NCBI GenBank assembly: GCA_947588935.1
Contig: CANQAU010000001.1
Coordinates: 1 to 53,440, forward strand
Origin: an uncultured Bacilli bacterium
Lineage (GTDB): Bacteria; Bacillota_I; Bacilli_A; RF39; UBA660
Direction of reading: 5' to 3'
Length of the DNA: 53,440 bases
Numbering within the stretch: the first letter of the stretch is position 1; the number at the start of each line of letters is the position of its first letter. Below the pieces are notes generated by a model. That model saw nothing but the letters and a program-made list of their open reading frames with translations. It searched no databases and was not told the DNA's origin. This document shows positions 10,221 through 19,038 of the stretch, in pieces. The position numbers and the translations under genes are program-made.

Positions 10221-12045
10221 AGAATTAAAAGAGGCTGCCAAGAAAAAAATGACTGCCATCATTGGTGCTAATTTTGACGTCATTTATTTAATCGCTCAAA
10301 AATTAGTAAAGCACTCTAATGATGAAGGGTTTCTCGTAGGAAGCCGAGGCTCCGTTGGATCATCATTTGTAGCCAATTTAATGGGAATCACCGAAGTAAA
10401 TGCCTTAGCACCGCACTATCGTTGTCCAAAATGTAAACACAGTGAATTTAATAACGAAAAAGGAGAACCACTCGGAAATGAATATAAATGTGGGTATGAC
10501 TTACCAGATAAAATGTGTCCAATTTGTAAAATCAAAATGGTTAAAGAAGGACAAGATATTCCATTTCAAACCTTCCTGGGCTTTAATGCCGATAAAGTTC
10601 CAGATATTGACTTAAATTTCTCCGATTTAAATCAAGCCTCTGCTCACGAATATACGAAAGTATTATTTGGAGTAGATAATGTATATCGTGCTGGAACCAT
10701 TGGTACCGTAGCAGAAAAAACCGCTTATGGATATGTTAAAGGATACTGTGAAGAAAAAAATATTATTATGCGCAGTGTCGAAATCGAACGACTAGCCAAA
10801 GGATGTACTGGTGTAAAACGTACAACTGGTCAACATCCAGGAGGAATCGTGGTTATCCCAGGTTACATGGAAGTATTTGACTTTACACCATTCCAATATC
10901 CAGCAGAAGATCCAACAAGTGCATGGAGAACAACGCACTTTGATTATCATGCCATCGATGAATGTGTCTTAAAACTAGATATTTTAGGTCACACCGATCC
11001 AACCCAACTAAGAATGATTCAGGATTTAACCAAAGAAGATGTCCGAAATGTGCCATTAGATGATAAAGAGACCATGTCCATCTTTACAAGTACCAAAGCC
11101 CTCGGTGTTACGCCCGAACAAATTATGTGCGATACTGGAACCCTTGGCGTACCAGAATTCGGCACCCCATTTACCATCCAATTAGTCAAAGACACAAAAC
11201 CAAAAACCTTCGCTGAATTAATCAAAATATCAGGCCTATCTCATGGAACAGACGTATGGTTAGGAAATGCGCAAGAATTAATTCAAAAAGACATTGTTCC
11301 ATTTAGTAAGGTAATCGGTTGTCGAGATGACATCATGGTAGAACTCATGTATGGAGGACTAGAACCATTCAAAGCTTTCAAAATTATGGAATTCGTTCGA
11401 AAAGGAAAGGCCAGCAAAGATCCAGAAACTTGGGCAGGATATGTAGAAATTATGGAAAAAGCCAAAATTCCAGATTGGTTTATTAAATCTTGCTTTAAAA
11501 TCAAATACATGTTCCCAAAAGCTCATGCCGCCGCTTATGTCATGAGTGCCTACCGCATTGCTTGGTATAAAGTTCATAAACCAGCCATCTATTATGCAAC
11601 CTATTTTTCAACTCGCTTTGAAGATTTTGATTTAGAAGTCATGATGAAAGGCTACGATGCCATCAAAGCAAAAATGATGGAAATTCAAAGTAAAGGCTAT
11701 GATGCAACCAATAAAGATCAATCCGTATTAGAAACCTTAAAACTATCCTTAGAAGCAACCGCCAGAGGATTTAAATTTGGAGCACTAGACATCAATAAAA
11801 GTGATGCAACAAACTTTTTAATTGATGAACAAGATGAATATACGCTCATTCCTCCATTTCGAACACTGGATGGTTTGGGAGATGCCGTTGCCAAAAAAAT
11901 CATTGAAGAGAGAAATCAAAAGCCATTCTATAGTGTAGAAGATTTTCAACTTCGTGGCAAAGTCAATGCGACAACCGTTGAAAAATTAAGAAGTTTAGGA
12001 CTATTTGAAGGAATGCCAGAAACAAGTCAATTAAGCTTATTCTAA
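10174..12045 (+). CDS. polC: PolC, C-terminal polymerase core portion, in the +1 frame relative to the upstream part
   Basis: Motifs: IIGANFDVIYLIAQKLV, GSRGSVGSSFVA, the zinc module CPKCKHSEF...CPICK, PDIDLNFS, KAHAAAY. This frame is open only from 10165 and overlaps the upstream frame by 47 nt. Confidence 0.85.
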   Translation: MPFKKKFMKVLESSDEELKEAAKKKMTAIIGANFDVIYLIAQKLVKHSNDEGFLVGSRGSVGSSFVANLMGITEVNALAPHYRCPKCKHSEFNNEKGEPLGNEYKCGYDLPDKMCPICKIKMVKEGQDIPFQTFLGFNADKVPDIDLNFSDLNQASAHEYTKVLFGVDNVYRAGTIGTVAEKTAYGYVKGYCEEKNIIMRSVEIERLAKGCTGVKRTTGQHPGGIVVIPGYMEVFDFTPFQYPAEDPTSAWRTTHFDYHAIDECVLKLDILGHTDPTQLRMIQDLTKEDVRNVPLDDKETMSIFTSTKALGVTPEQIMCDTGTLGVPEFGTPFTIQLVKDTKPKTFAELIKISGLSHGTDVWLGNAQELIQKDIVPFSKVIGCRDDIMVELMYGGLEPFKAFKIMEFVRKGKASKDPETWAGYVEIMEKAKIPDWFIKSCFKIKYMFPKAHAAAYVMSAYRIAWYKVHKPAIYYATYFSTRFEDFDLEVMMKGYDAIKAKMMEIQSKGYDATNKDQSVLETLKLSLEATARGFKFGALDINKSDATNFLIDEQDEYTLIPPFRTLDGLGDAVAKKIIEERNQKPFYSVEDFQLRGKVNATTVEKLRSLGLFEGMPETSQLSLF

Positions 12046-12077
12046 AGAAGATAAGCAACCATTGACTTGTTTTTTTC
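12022..12077 (+). terminator. Intrinsic terminator after polC
   Basis: A 10-bp outer stem (ACAAGTCAAT...ATTGACTTGT) encloses an inner GCTTAT/ATAAGC hairpin and is followed by T7. Confidence 0.6.
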
Positions 12078-12123
12078 ATAGACAAAAGAAAAGAACTATG
12101 GTAGGATAACAAATCAGAAGTCG

Positions 12124-13041
12124 GTGAGCAAATTGTCGCAAATAAATCTTAAAACATGCATTCAATCTTCTTTTCAAATCATTGACTGTGATTGTGATGA
12201 ATATGATGAATTACATGCTAGAATTATGAATTATCCAACCATCAATCATCAAAAATTGTATCAAGAAATGAAAGGAAGCTGGAAAAATTATTTAGGAGTA
12301 ATCGGATCGAGTTATCCGGGTTTAAATGCGATTTTTGCAGGTGCCAAAGAAGTAGTATTATTTGATAAAAACGAATTAAATATTTGCTATACTTATTTGT
12401 TAATTGCTGCAATTTTAAAACTGAATTATGAAGATTTTTGTCATTTTATCTTTTATGGAGAAGAACAAGCCTATCTAAGTTCCTTCTATTTTAAACAAAT
12501 CAAAGAAGAATTACCAAAAGATATCAAAGTGTATTGGCAAGCCATTTACGAAAAATATAAAGAAGCCGATGCATTTTGCCATAATTTATTTGAACGGGAT
12601 TATTATAAACCGTTAAAAGGATCCTACTATGAAGCTTTGATTACCAAAACCAATCTCTTTATGTCAAAAGAAAAATATGAAATATTAAAACAACGTTTAA
12701 AACAAGTCAAAATAACTTGTCTAAATTGCCGATTTGAAGAAGTTTTACAATTTGTCCAACCAAATACATTTCACAAAATATATTGTTCTTGTCTAAACAA
12801 TTATTATATAGAAGAACTAGAACAATACTTTCACATTTTAAAAGAATATTTTCATTTATTAAAAAAAGGGGGAATGATTGAAGGCGCCTATCTTTATGAT
12901 ACGCAAATCGAAGATGCAGAAACGATGTTTTTCATCGATCAAAGAGCAAGTGAATTACAAATGTATAAAAAATTAATTCCAGATTCATTAGAACCAACTT
13001 ATTTTCATGATGTAGCTTATTTTTATAAAAAAGAAAAATAG
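12124..13041 (+). CDS. Hypothetical protein, possibly a DUF3419/BtaA-like Rossmann (SAM-binding-like) fold
   Basis: 305-aa ORF with a GTG start. The segment VIGSSYPGLNAIFAGAKEVVLFDKN resembles the nucleotide-binding loop of DUF3419-type proteins. This is recalled similarity only and could not be computed. Confidence 0.35.
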   Translation: MSKLSQINLKTCIQSSFQIIDCDCDEYDELHARIMNYPTINHQKLYQEMKGSWKNYLGVIGSSYPGLNAIFAGAKEVVLFDKNELNICYTYLLIAAILKLNYEDFCHFIFYGEEQAYLSSFYFKQIKEELPKDIKVYWQAIYEKYKEADAFCHNLFERDYYKPLKGSYYEALITKTNLFMSKEKYEILKQRLKQVKITCLNCRFEEVLQFVQPNTFHKIYCSCLNNYYIEELEQYFHILKEYFHLLKKGGMIEGAYLYDTQIEDAETMFFIDQRASELQMYKKLIPDSLEPTYFHDVAYFYKKEK

Positions 13042-13074
13042 AGGAAGGTATGATATAATAAAGTTGGTGATATC

Positions 13075-15648
13075 ATGAAAAAAATCATATTAGTTGATGG
13101 AAACAACTTGTTATTTCGCAGTTACTATGCAACCGCTTACTCCGGATCGTTAATAAAAAATTCCAAAGGATTTCCAACCAATGCCCTTTACGGCTTTACC
13201 AGCATGATTCATAAGATTATCGAAGAGGAAAATCCACAATACATGGCGGTAGCATTTGATATTGGTAAAAATTTTCGAAGAGAAAAATATGACTTCTATA
13301 AAGAGGGTAGAAAAGAAACGCCAGAAGATCTAGTACGTCAAATGCCATATGCGCGGAAAATTTTAAAGGGAATGGGCGTTCCTTATTTTGAATTAGCACC
13401 TTATGAAGCAGACGACATTATAGGTACTCTTGCCAAAATGGTCGAAGAAGATCCAGATTTCAACGGAACGATTATCTCAAGTGATCGAGATTTATTACAG
13501 CTCGTATCAAACCAATTAGATATGAAATTATTAAAACAAAAAGGTTTTGTCAGATACAATCCCACAACATTTTATGAAGAATACAAATTAGATCCCATTA
13601 AAATCATTGATATAAAAGCGCTTGCTGGAGATAGTTCGGATAATATTCCAGGCGTCAAAGGAATCGGAGAAAAAACTGCTCTTTCCCTTTTGCAAGAATT
13701 TGGAAGTGTCGAAGAAATATACCAAAACATTGACAAAATCACCGGAAGAAAAAAAGAATTGTTATTGCAAGACAAAGAAATGGCTTTCACAAGCAAAGAA
13801 ATTGCCACCATTTATAAAGAAGTTCCTCTCGAAGTAACGGATCTTGAAAATATTCGCTATACACCTCAAGAGGGAAGTGAACTCCAACAAATATATGAAG
13901 AATTGGAATTTTATTCGCTATTAAAAAACTTTGAAAAACCAACTCCACCAAAAAAGATTGAATATACCATTGTAAAAGAAGAAAAAGATTTTATTGAAAG
14001 TGAAAAAAATGCTTTTTACATAGAACTAGATCAAGCAAACTATCATACAGCCAATATCGTTGGTTCGGCCATTACCAATGAACATGGAACATTTTATATT
14101 CCAAATTCCATGATAAAATCCATTTTTCCAAAGATTGCAAAGACAATTTTATATACTTTCGATTTGAAAAAAAGCATTGTATCGCTTGCCAAACTCGGAA
14201 TCAATTTAAAAGAAGCAAACTACGATTTAATGATTCTAGCATATTTATTAAATTATACAATCAAAGATGATATAGCATATTTAATGAATCCAAAAGGGTA
14301 TCAAGTAACATTATACGATGAATTAAAAAAAGCAGATTTTGAAAAGAATTTTCGGATTGCAGACATTGCTTTAAAAAGCAAATTTTTATATGATACGCGA
14401 GATGATTATGTTTTAGAAATTAAAAGAGAAAACATGTATGAATTATATCAAAATATCGAAATGCCTTTAATCTCTGTTCTTGCTGATATGGAAATGACGG
14501 GTGTGAAAGTAGACAAAGACGTTTTAGAAGAAATGAAAATGGATACCAAAGCCAAAATAGAACTATTAGAAAAGGATATTTACAATATGGCAGGAGAAAA
14601 ATTTAATATTGCCAGTCCAAAGCAACTTGGAGAAATTTTATTTGAAAAATTGGGATTGCCAGGTGGTAAAAAGAACCAAACTGGATATAAAACCGATGTC
14701 AAAGTTCTCCATAAGTTATTAGGAATTCATCCCATCATCGAAAAAATACTGGAATATCGAAATTTAAGTAAACTAAATTCTACCTATTTAGAAGGACTAG
14801 TCCCATTCATTCATGAAGATGGTAAAATTCATACGATTTATAAACAGAATCTAACTAGAACCGGACGCTTATCATCCATTGAACCAAATCTTCAAAACAT
14901 TCCTGCCCGTGATGAAGAAGGAAGAAAAGTGAGAAAAGCCTTCTTTCCAACCTTTGATGAGTTTTTAAGTGCTGATTATTCCCAAATTGAACTTCGAATT
15001 CTAGCACATATTTCGGATTCCAAAGAATTAATTGATGCTTTTGTTCATGATGAAGATATTCACACCAAAGTAGCAAGTGATATTTATGGAATTCCAACCT
15101 CTGCAGTAACAAAAAAAATGCGTTCTACTGCGAAAGCCGTTATTTTTGGAATCGTTTATGGAATCAGTGGGTTTGGTTTAGGAGAAAACTTAGAAATCAG
15201 TAGAACCGAAGCCAACAAATTTATTAACAAATATTACGAATTATATCCTGGAGTAAAAAGATATATGGAAGAAATCGTCGCAGAAGCATATAAAGAAGGA
15301 GCTGTTCGAACGCTCTTTAAACGAAAAAGAATAATTGATGAATTAAATAGTGGAAACTATATGGTGCGTCAAACTGGAGAAAGAATCGCTTTAAATACGC
15401 CGATTCAAGGTACGAGTGCCGATATTATCAAAAAAGCCATGGTGGAAATTGCCCAAAAATTTGCAAGCGAACATATGGAATCAAAAATGATCTTGCAAGT
15501 ACATGATGAATTAATTTTTGATGTCAAAAAAGAAGAAAAAGAAAAAGTCAAAGAAATTGTTACCGATATCATGACACATACCATTCAATTAAAAGTTCCT
15601 CTAAAAGTTAGTGCAGACTTTGGAAGTGATTGGTATGATACAAAGTGA
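13075..15648 (+). CDS. polA: DNA polymerase I (5'-3' exonuclease plus Klenow-like polymerase)
   Basis: The N-terminal FEN domain has LVDGNNLLFRSYYA and GDSSDNIPGVKGIGEKTA. Pol A motifs are present: DYSQIELRILAH, RSTAKAVIFGIVYG, QVHDELIF. Confidence 0.92.
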   Translation: MKKIILVDGNNLLFRSYYATAYSGSLIKNSKGFPTNALYGFTSMIHKIIEEENPQYMAVAFDIGKNFRREKYDFYKEGRKETPEDLVRQMPYARKILKGMGVPYFELAPYEADDIIGTLAKMVEEDPDFNGTIISSDRDLLQLVSNQLDMKLLKQKGFVRYNPTTFYEEYKLDPIKIIDIKALAGDSSDNIPGVKGIGEKTALSLLQEFGSVEEIYQNIDKITGRKKELLLQDKEMAFTSKEIATIYKEVPLEVTDLENIRYTPQEGSELQQIYEELEFYSLLKNFEKPTPPKKIEYTIVKEEKDFIESEKNAFYIELDQANYHTANIVGSAITNEHGTFYIPNSMIKSIFPKIAKTILYTFDLKKSIVSLAKLGINLKEANYDLMILAYLLNYTIKDDIAYLMNPKGYQVTLYDELKKADFEKNFRIADIALKSKFLYDTRDDYVLEIKRENMYELYQNIEMPLISVLADMEMTGVKVDKDVLEEMKMDTKAKIELLEKDIYNMAGEKFNIASPKQLGEILFEKLGLPGGKKNQTGYKTDVKVLHKLLGIHPIIEKILEYRNLSKLNSTYLEGLVPFIHEDGKIHTIYKQNLTRTGRLSSIEPNLQNIPARDEEGRKVRKAFFPTFDEFLSADYSQIELRILAHISDSKELIDAFVHDEDIHTKVASDIYGIPTSAVTKKMRSTAKAVIFGIVYGISGFGLGENLEISRTEANKFINKYYELYPGVKRYMEEIVAEAYKEGAVRTLFKRKRIIDELNSGNYMVRQTGERIALNTPIQGTSADIIKKAMVEIAQKFASEHMESKMILQVHDELIFDVKKEEKEKVKEIVTDIMTHTIQLKVPLKVSADFGSDWYDTK

Positions 15649-15657
15649 GAGATTGTT

Positions 15658-16476
15658 ATGCCAGAAATTGCTGAAGTAGAAACCGTAAGAAACACCTTAA
15701 AAGAAAAAATATTAGGGAAAAAAATCCAAAAAGTAACCATTCGTTATCCGAAAATCATTGAAACGGATATCGAAGAATTTCAAAAGTTGCTGCCAAATCA
15801 GACTTTTGTAGACATCAAAAGAATCGGAAAGTGGTTGATTTTTGAATTAGATGATTATGCTTTATTAAGTCACTTGCGAATGGAAGGAAAATATTTTCTA
15901 AAAAAAGAAACAGACCCTTATGAAAAACATGAACATATTATTTTTACTTTTACAGATCATACCGATTTAAGATATCATGATACCAGAAAATTTGGAAGAA
16001 TGGCTTTAATGAGTATCGAAGATGTAAAAAAATACAAAGCGATTCAAAAGCAGGGAAGGGAACCTTTAAGTACATCATTAACGCCAGATTATTTATATGC
16101 AAAATTAAAACCCAGACAAATTCCCATGAAAACACTATTGTTAGATCAAACCATCATCAGTGGATTGGGAAATATCTATGCCGATGAAGTACTCTTTGAA
16201 GCCAAAATTTCCCCTTGGAAAAAAGGAAATGAAATAACCAAAAAAGATTGTGAGAATCTTATTCTTGCAAGTAAAAAAATCATTGCGAAAGCCATTGAAG
16301 AGGGTGGAACGACCATTCGTAGTTATACATCGAGTTTAGGAGTAACGGGAAAGTTTCAACAACATCTAAAGGTTCATAAAAGAGAAAACGAAGAATGCCA
16401 CAACTGTCATAGTAAAATTCGCCGAGATAAAATCGGCGGAAGAAGCAGTTATTACTGCCCAAAATGTCAAAAATAA
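15658..16476 (+). CDS. mutM: Formamidopyrimidine-DNA glycosylase
   Basis: N-terminal MPEIAEVE (catalytic Pro2/Glu3), an H2TH region and a C-terminal zinc finger CHNC...CPKCQ. Confidence 0.9.
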   Translation: MPEIAEVETVRNTLKEKILGKKIQKVTIRYPKIIETDIEEFQKLLPNQTFVDIKRIGKWLIFELDDYALLSHLRMEGKYFLKKETDPYEKHEHIIFTFTDHTDLRYHDTRKFGRMALMSIEDVKKYKAIQKQGREPLSTSLTPDYLYAKLKPRQIPMKTLLLDQTIISGLGNIYADEVLFEAKISPWKKGNEITKKDCENLILASKKIIAKAIEEGGTTIRSYTSSLGVTGKFQQHLKVHKRENEECHNCHSKIRRDKIGGRSSYYCPKCQK

Positions 16477-16482
16477 AAAGAA

Positions 16483-17010
16483 CTACATTACGTTGGAAGT
16501 AGCTCTTTTTTTACATTCTTGATAAATATAATGGGTTGTTTTACAATCCTCAATACTTCGATGGGAACCAAAATCGAGTTTAAAATATTTTTTGAGGGTT
16601 TCTAACTTATAATTGTAAGCTCGGGGAATATAAATTCTTGCAAGTTCAACCGTGTCAACCGCTTCATTTTTCATTTCCGGCATTCCTAATTTTTTAAGAT
16701 TTTGATTGATAAATCCAAGATCAAAAGGAGCATTATGACATACAACCGGAAAGTCTTCAAGAAATGCCATAAATTCTGGTAAAACATCAGAAATCGTCTT
16801 GGCACTGTGAACCATTTCATCTGTAATTCCTGTAATATTGGTAATAATCTCCGGAATTTTACATTCTGGATTAATCAAAACATCAAACTCATCGACAATT
16901 TCATTATTCACAATCTTTAAAGCACCAATTTCAATAATATGATCGGAAGTATCATATAAACCAGTCGTTTCCGTATCAAATACGACATAATGATCAAAAA
17001 ACTTTTTCAA
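16483..17010 (-). CDS. DEDDh 3'-5' exonuclease (DnaQ/PolC-exonuclease-like)
   Basis: Motifs VVFDTETTGL, CHNAPFDLGF and HRSIEDC correspond to ExoI-III with His. Confidence 0.8.
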   Translation of the reverse strand: MKKFFDHYVVFDTETTGLYDTSDHIIEIGALKIVNNEIVDEFDVLINPECKIPEIITNITGITDEMVHSAKTISDVLPEFMAFLEDFPVVCHNAPFDLGFINQNLKKLGMPEMKNEAVDTVELARIYIPRAYNYKLETLKKYFKLDFGSHRSIEDCKTTHYIYQECKKRATSNVM

Positions 17011-17051
17011 ATGAAGAACCTTCTTTCAACTTAATTATAAAAAAAGCAATT

Positions 17052-18167
17052 TTATTTGTCAAAATATTGTATGGGTTTATGACATAGTACAAAAGGATAT
17101 GCAGGATGATTGGTGAGTAACTCATAGACAAATGCTGCTCGCAGTTCGATTTGATACAAAACAGAAGAAGGATCTACGCGATAGGGCAAAGAACATTTGT
17201 GTTCATGTAAATATTTTTTTCCAGTTTCACGAAATCCCACAATGGGAATATAAGAAAGAGAAGCCTTCTCATTTTCTTCTTTTGTAATACCAAGCAGAAT
17301 GTGGATCATCATCCTCTGTAATTTATTATAAGTATAGCGTTTTGTCTTAACAAGCCTCATAAACTCTTCAATAGATGAAGCCTTTGGTGCCATTTTTTGA
17401 AGCCGATTTTCAATTCCTTCATCCACTGTAAGATATAAAGCTAAATTGGCATCGGTCAAGATTTTATATTGTAGCATCTTCCATAATGTTAAAGAAGAAA
17501 AAGAATGAATCAAAGGATACACATCTTTGGGAAGAAAAGATTGAACATCTTCTTGATTTTCTAGTTTATGTCGAATATTACTGGCACTAACTACTCCCGT
17601 ATTACTGGAAAGATCATGATAAGAATTCGTTCGTAAAATCGTATGTAAAGTAATCTCATAGTGATTTTTGAAAACCGTTTTTGCATAAGAAATCCCTAAT
17701 AGATCATTGGGTTTACAAAATTTTTTCGTTAAACCAACACTTTTTGAAAGCGCCGTAGGATAATTAAGACCAATTCTTAAATACCCCTCCATCTGTTCAT
17801 GAAGATCTTGTTTTAATTGCTTCTTTGCATAAAGAGAAATCTGTTTAATAGAATTGGTTTCACTTCCAAAAACAATGTCAGTGACCCCAAGTTCATGAAG
17901 AAGAGAAATGGCACAATCCGCAAAAATATCTGCTGATTGGGTTCCATATAAAGTAGGAATTTGAACGACGATATCTACGCCATACTGTAAAGAAATGCGC
18001 ACTTTATCTTCAACACTTAAAATCGAAACATCTCCACGTTGTGAAAAACATCCATTTAATGCTAAAATAAGAATGCTATCTGGAAATTTTTCCTTGGTTT
18101 TTTGAATATGATATAAATGTCCAAAATGAAATGGGTTATATTCCCCAATAATACCGACAACGCGCAC
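17052..18167 (-). CDS. tmcAL: tRNA(Met) cytidine acetate ligase (YlbM/TmcAL family nucleotidyltransferase)
   Basis: The N-terminal GIIGEYNPFHFGHLYHI HIGH-type motif and ~370 aa length fit the family. It lies next to yceD-rpmF, as ylbM does next to ylbN in Bacillus. Confidence 0.7.
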   Translation of the reverse strand: MRVVGIIGEYNPFHFGHLYHIQKTKEKFPDSILILALNGCFSQRGDVSILSVEDKVRISLQYGVDIVVQIPTLYGTQSADIFADCAISLLHELGVTDIVFGSETNSIKQISLYAKKQLKQDLHEQMEGYLRIGLNYPTALSKSVGLTKKFCKPNDLLGISYAKTVFKNHYEITLHTILRTNSYHDLSSNTGVVSASNIRHKLENQEDVQSFLPKDVYPLIHSFSSLTLWKMLQYKILTDANLALYLTVDEGIENRLQKMAPKASSIEEFMRLVKTKRYTYNKLQRMMIHILLGITKEENEKASLSYIPIVGFRETGKKYLHEHKCSLPYRVDPSSVLYQIELRAAFVYELLTNHPAYPFVLCHKPIQYFDK

Positions 18168-18263
18168 CCAATCACCTTCTTTTTAAGTGTATTTTAGCAT
18201 AGATTTACAATTTGCGGAAAAAGAAGTTATATATTATAATAAAACAAAAAAAGGAGAGATACG

Positions 18264-18737
18264 GTGGACTTCCAAAATTTTTTAATTAAAGAAACCAAAT
18301 TTGACGAAAAGATTGATATTCCAAAAGAAAAGTACCAAAACACGGATATTCGTGATTTAAAAGATCTCCGAGTGCAAGGATCAATGAAAAAAAATAATGA
18401 TCAAGAATATGTATTGCAAATAACTTTAACTGGAGAAATGATCTTACCAGATGCCAGAACCCTAGAAAATGTCACCATGCCATTACATATCCAGATGGAA
18501 GAAAAAGTAACTTCTTCCAATGAAGAGATAGAACAATATTTAGGAAAAAATCAAAATACACTTGATATTATGGGAATTTTATGGGAAAATATTGTACTGG
18601 AAGTTCCCATTGCGATATCAAACAGCCAAGAAGAAACAAAGAAGGGGATAGGTTGGGAATTCGTCAGTGAAAAAAAAGAAAGTATTGATCCAAGATTAGC
18701 TCCGCTACGGAAGCTACTTGATGAAGAAAAGGAGTGA
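18264..18737 (+). CDS. YceD/YlbN (DUF177) family protein
   Basis: An acidic ~157-aa protein immediately upstream of and overlapping the rpmF leader, which is the conserved yceD-rpmF pairing. Confidence 0.65.
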   Translation: MDFQNFLIKETKFDEKIDIPKEKYQNTDIRDLKDLRVQGSMKKNNDQEYVLQITLTGEMILPDARTLENVTMPLHIQMEEKVTSSNEEIEQYLGKNQNTLDIMGILWENIVLEVPIAISNSQEETKKGIGWEFVSEKKESIDPRLAPLRKLLDEEKE

Positions 18738-18741
18738 TAAT

Positions 18742-18954
18742 ATGTTAAAATTAGATCTTCAAGCATTTGCAGTTCCTTTTAGAAGAACAAGTAAGACAAA
18801 AAAAAGAATGCGTCGTACACATTTGAAAAAAGAAGTAAGTGCAATGACAACATGCCCAAAATGTGGAGCAAATTTAAAGCCTCATCGTGCATGTCCAAAA
18901 TGCGGCAATTATAAAGGCGAAGAAAAATTAAATATCAAAAAAGAAGAAGAATAG
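18742..18954 (+). CDS. rpmF: 50S ribosomal protein L32 with a 9-residue N-terminal extension (MLKLDLQAF)
   Basis: The AAGGAG SD at 18729-18734 lies 7 nt before the ATG at 18742. The product is [27 protein letters not shown]...CPKCG...CPKCG, i.e. the L32 signature (AVPxRRTSK plus a zinc ribbon) preceded by an extension. Confidence 0.85.
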   Translation: MLKLDLQAFAVPFRRTSKTKKRMRRTHLKKEVSAMTTCPKCGANLKPHRACPKCGNYKGEEKLNIKKEEE

Positions 18955-18977
18955 CATACCACTAGGTATGTTTTTTT
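18955..18977 (+). terminator. Intrinsic terminator after rpmF
   Basis: CATACC-acta-GGTATG hairpin followed by T7. Confidence 0.7.
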
Positions 18978-19038
18978 GTGATATTCATAAAAGGGAAAAA
19001 GAAAAATATGCTATAATTAGAAAAGAAGGTGTAATTTT

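Noticed and set aside
10080-10262. An intein or mobile intervening sequence as the explanation for the PolC insert.
   Set aside because: The insert is only ~60 aa. It lacks intein block residues (N-terminal Cys/Ser, TxxH, terminal HN-Cys/Ser/Thr) and any endonuclease motifs.
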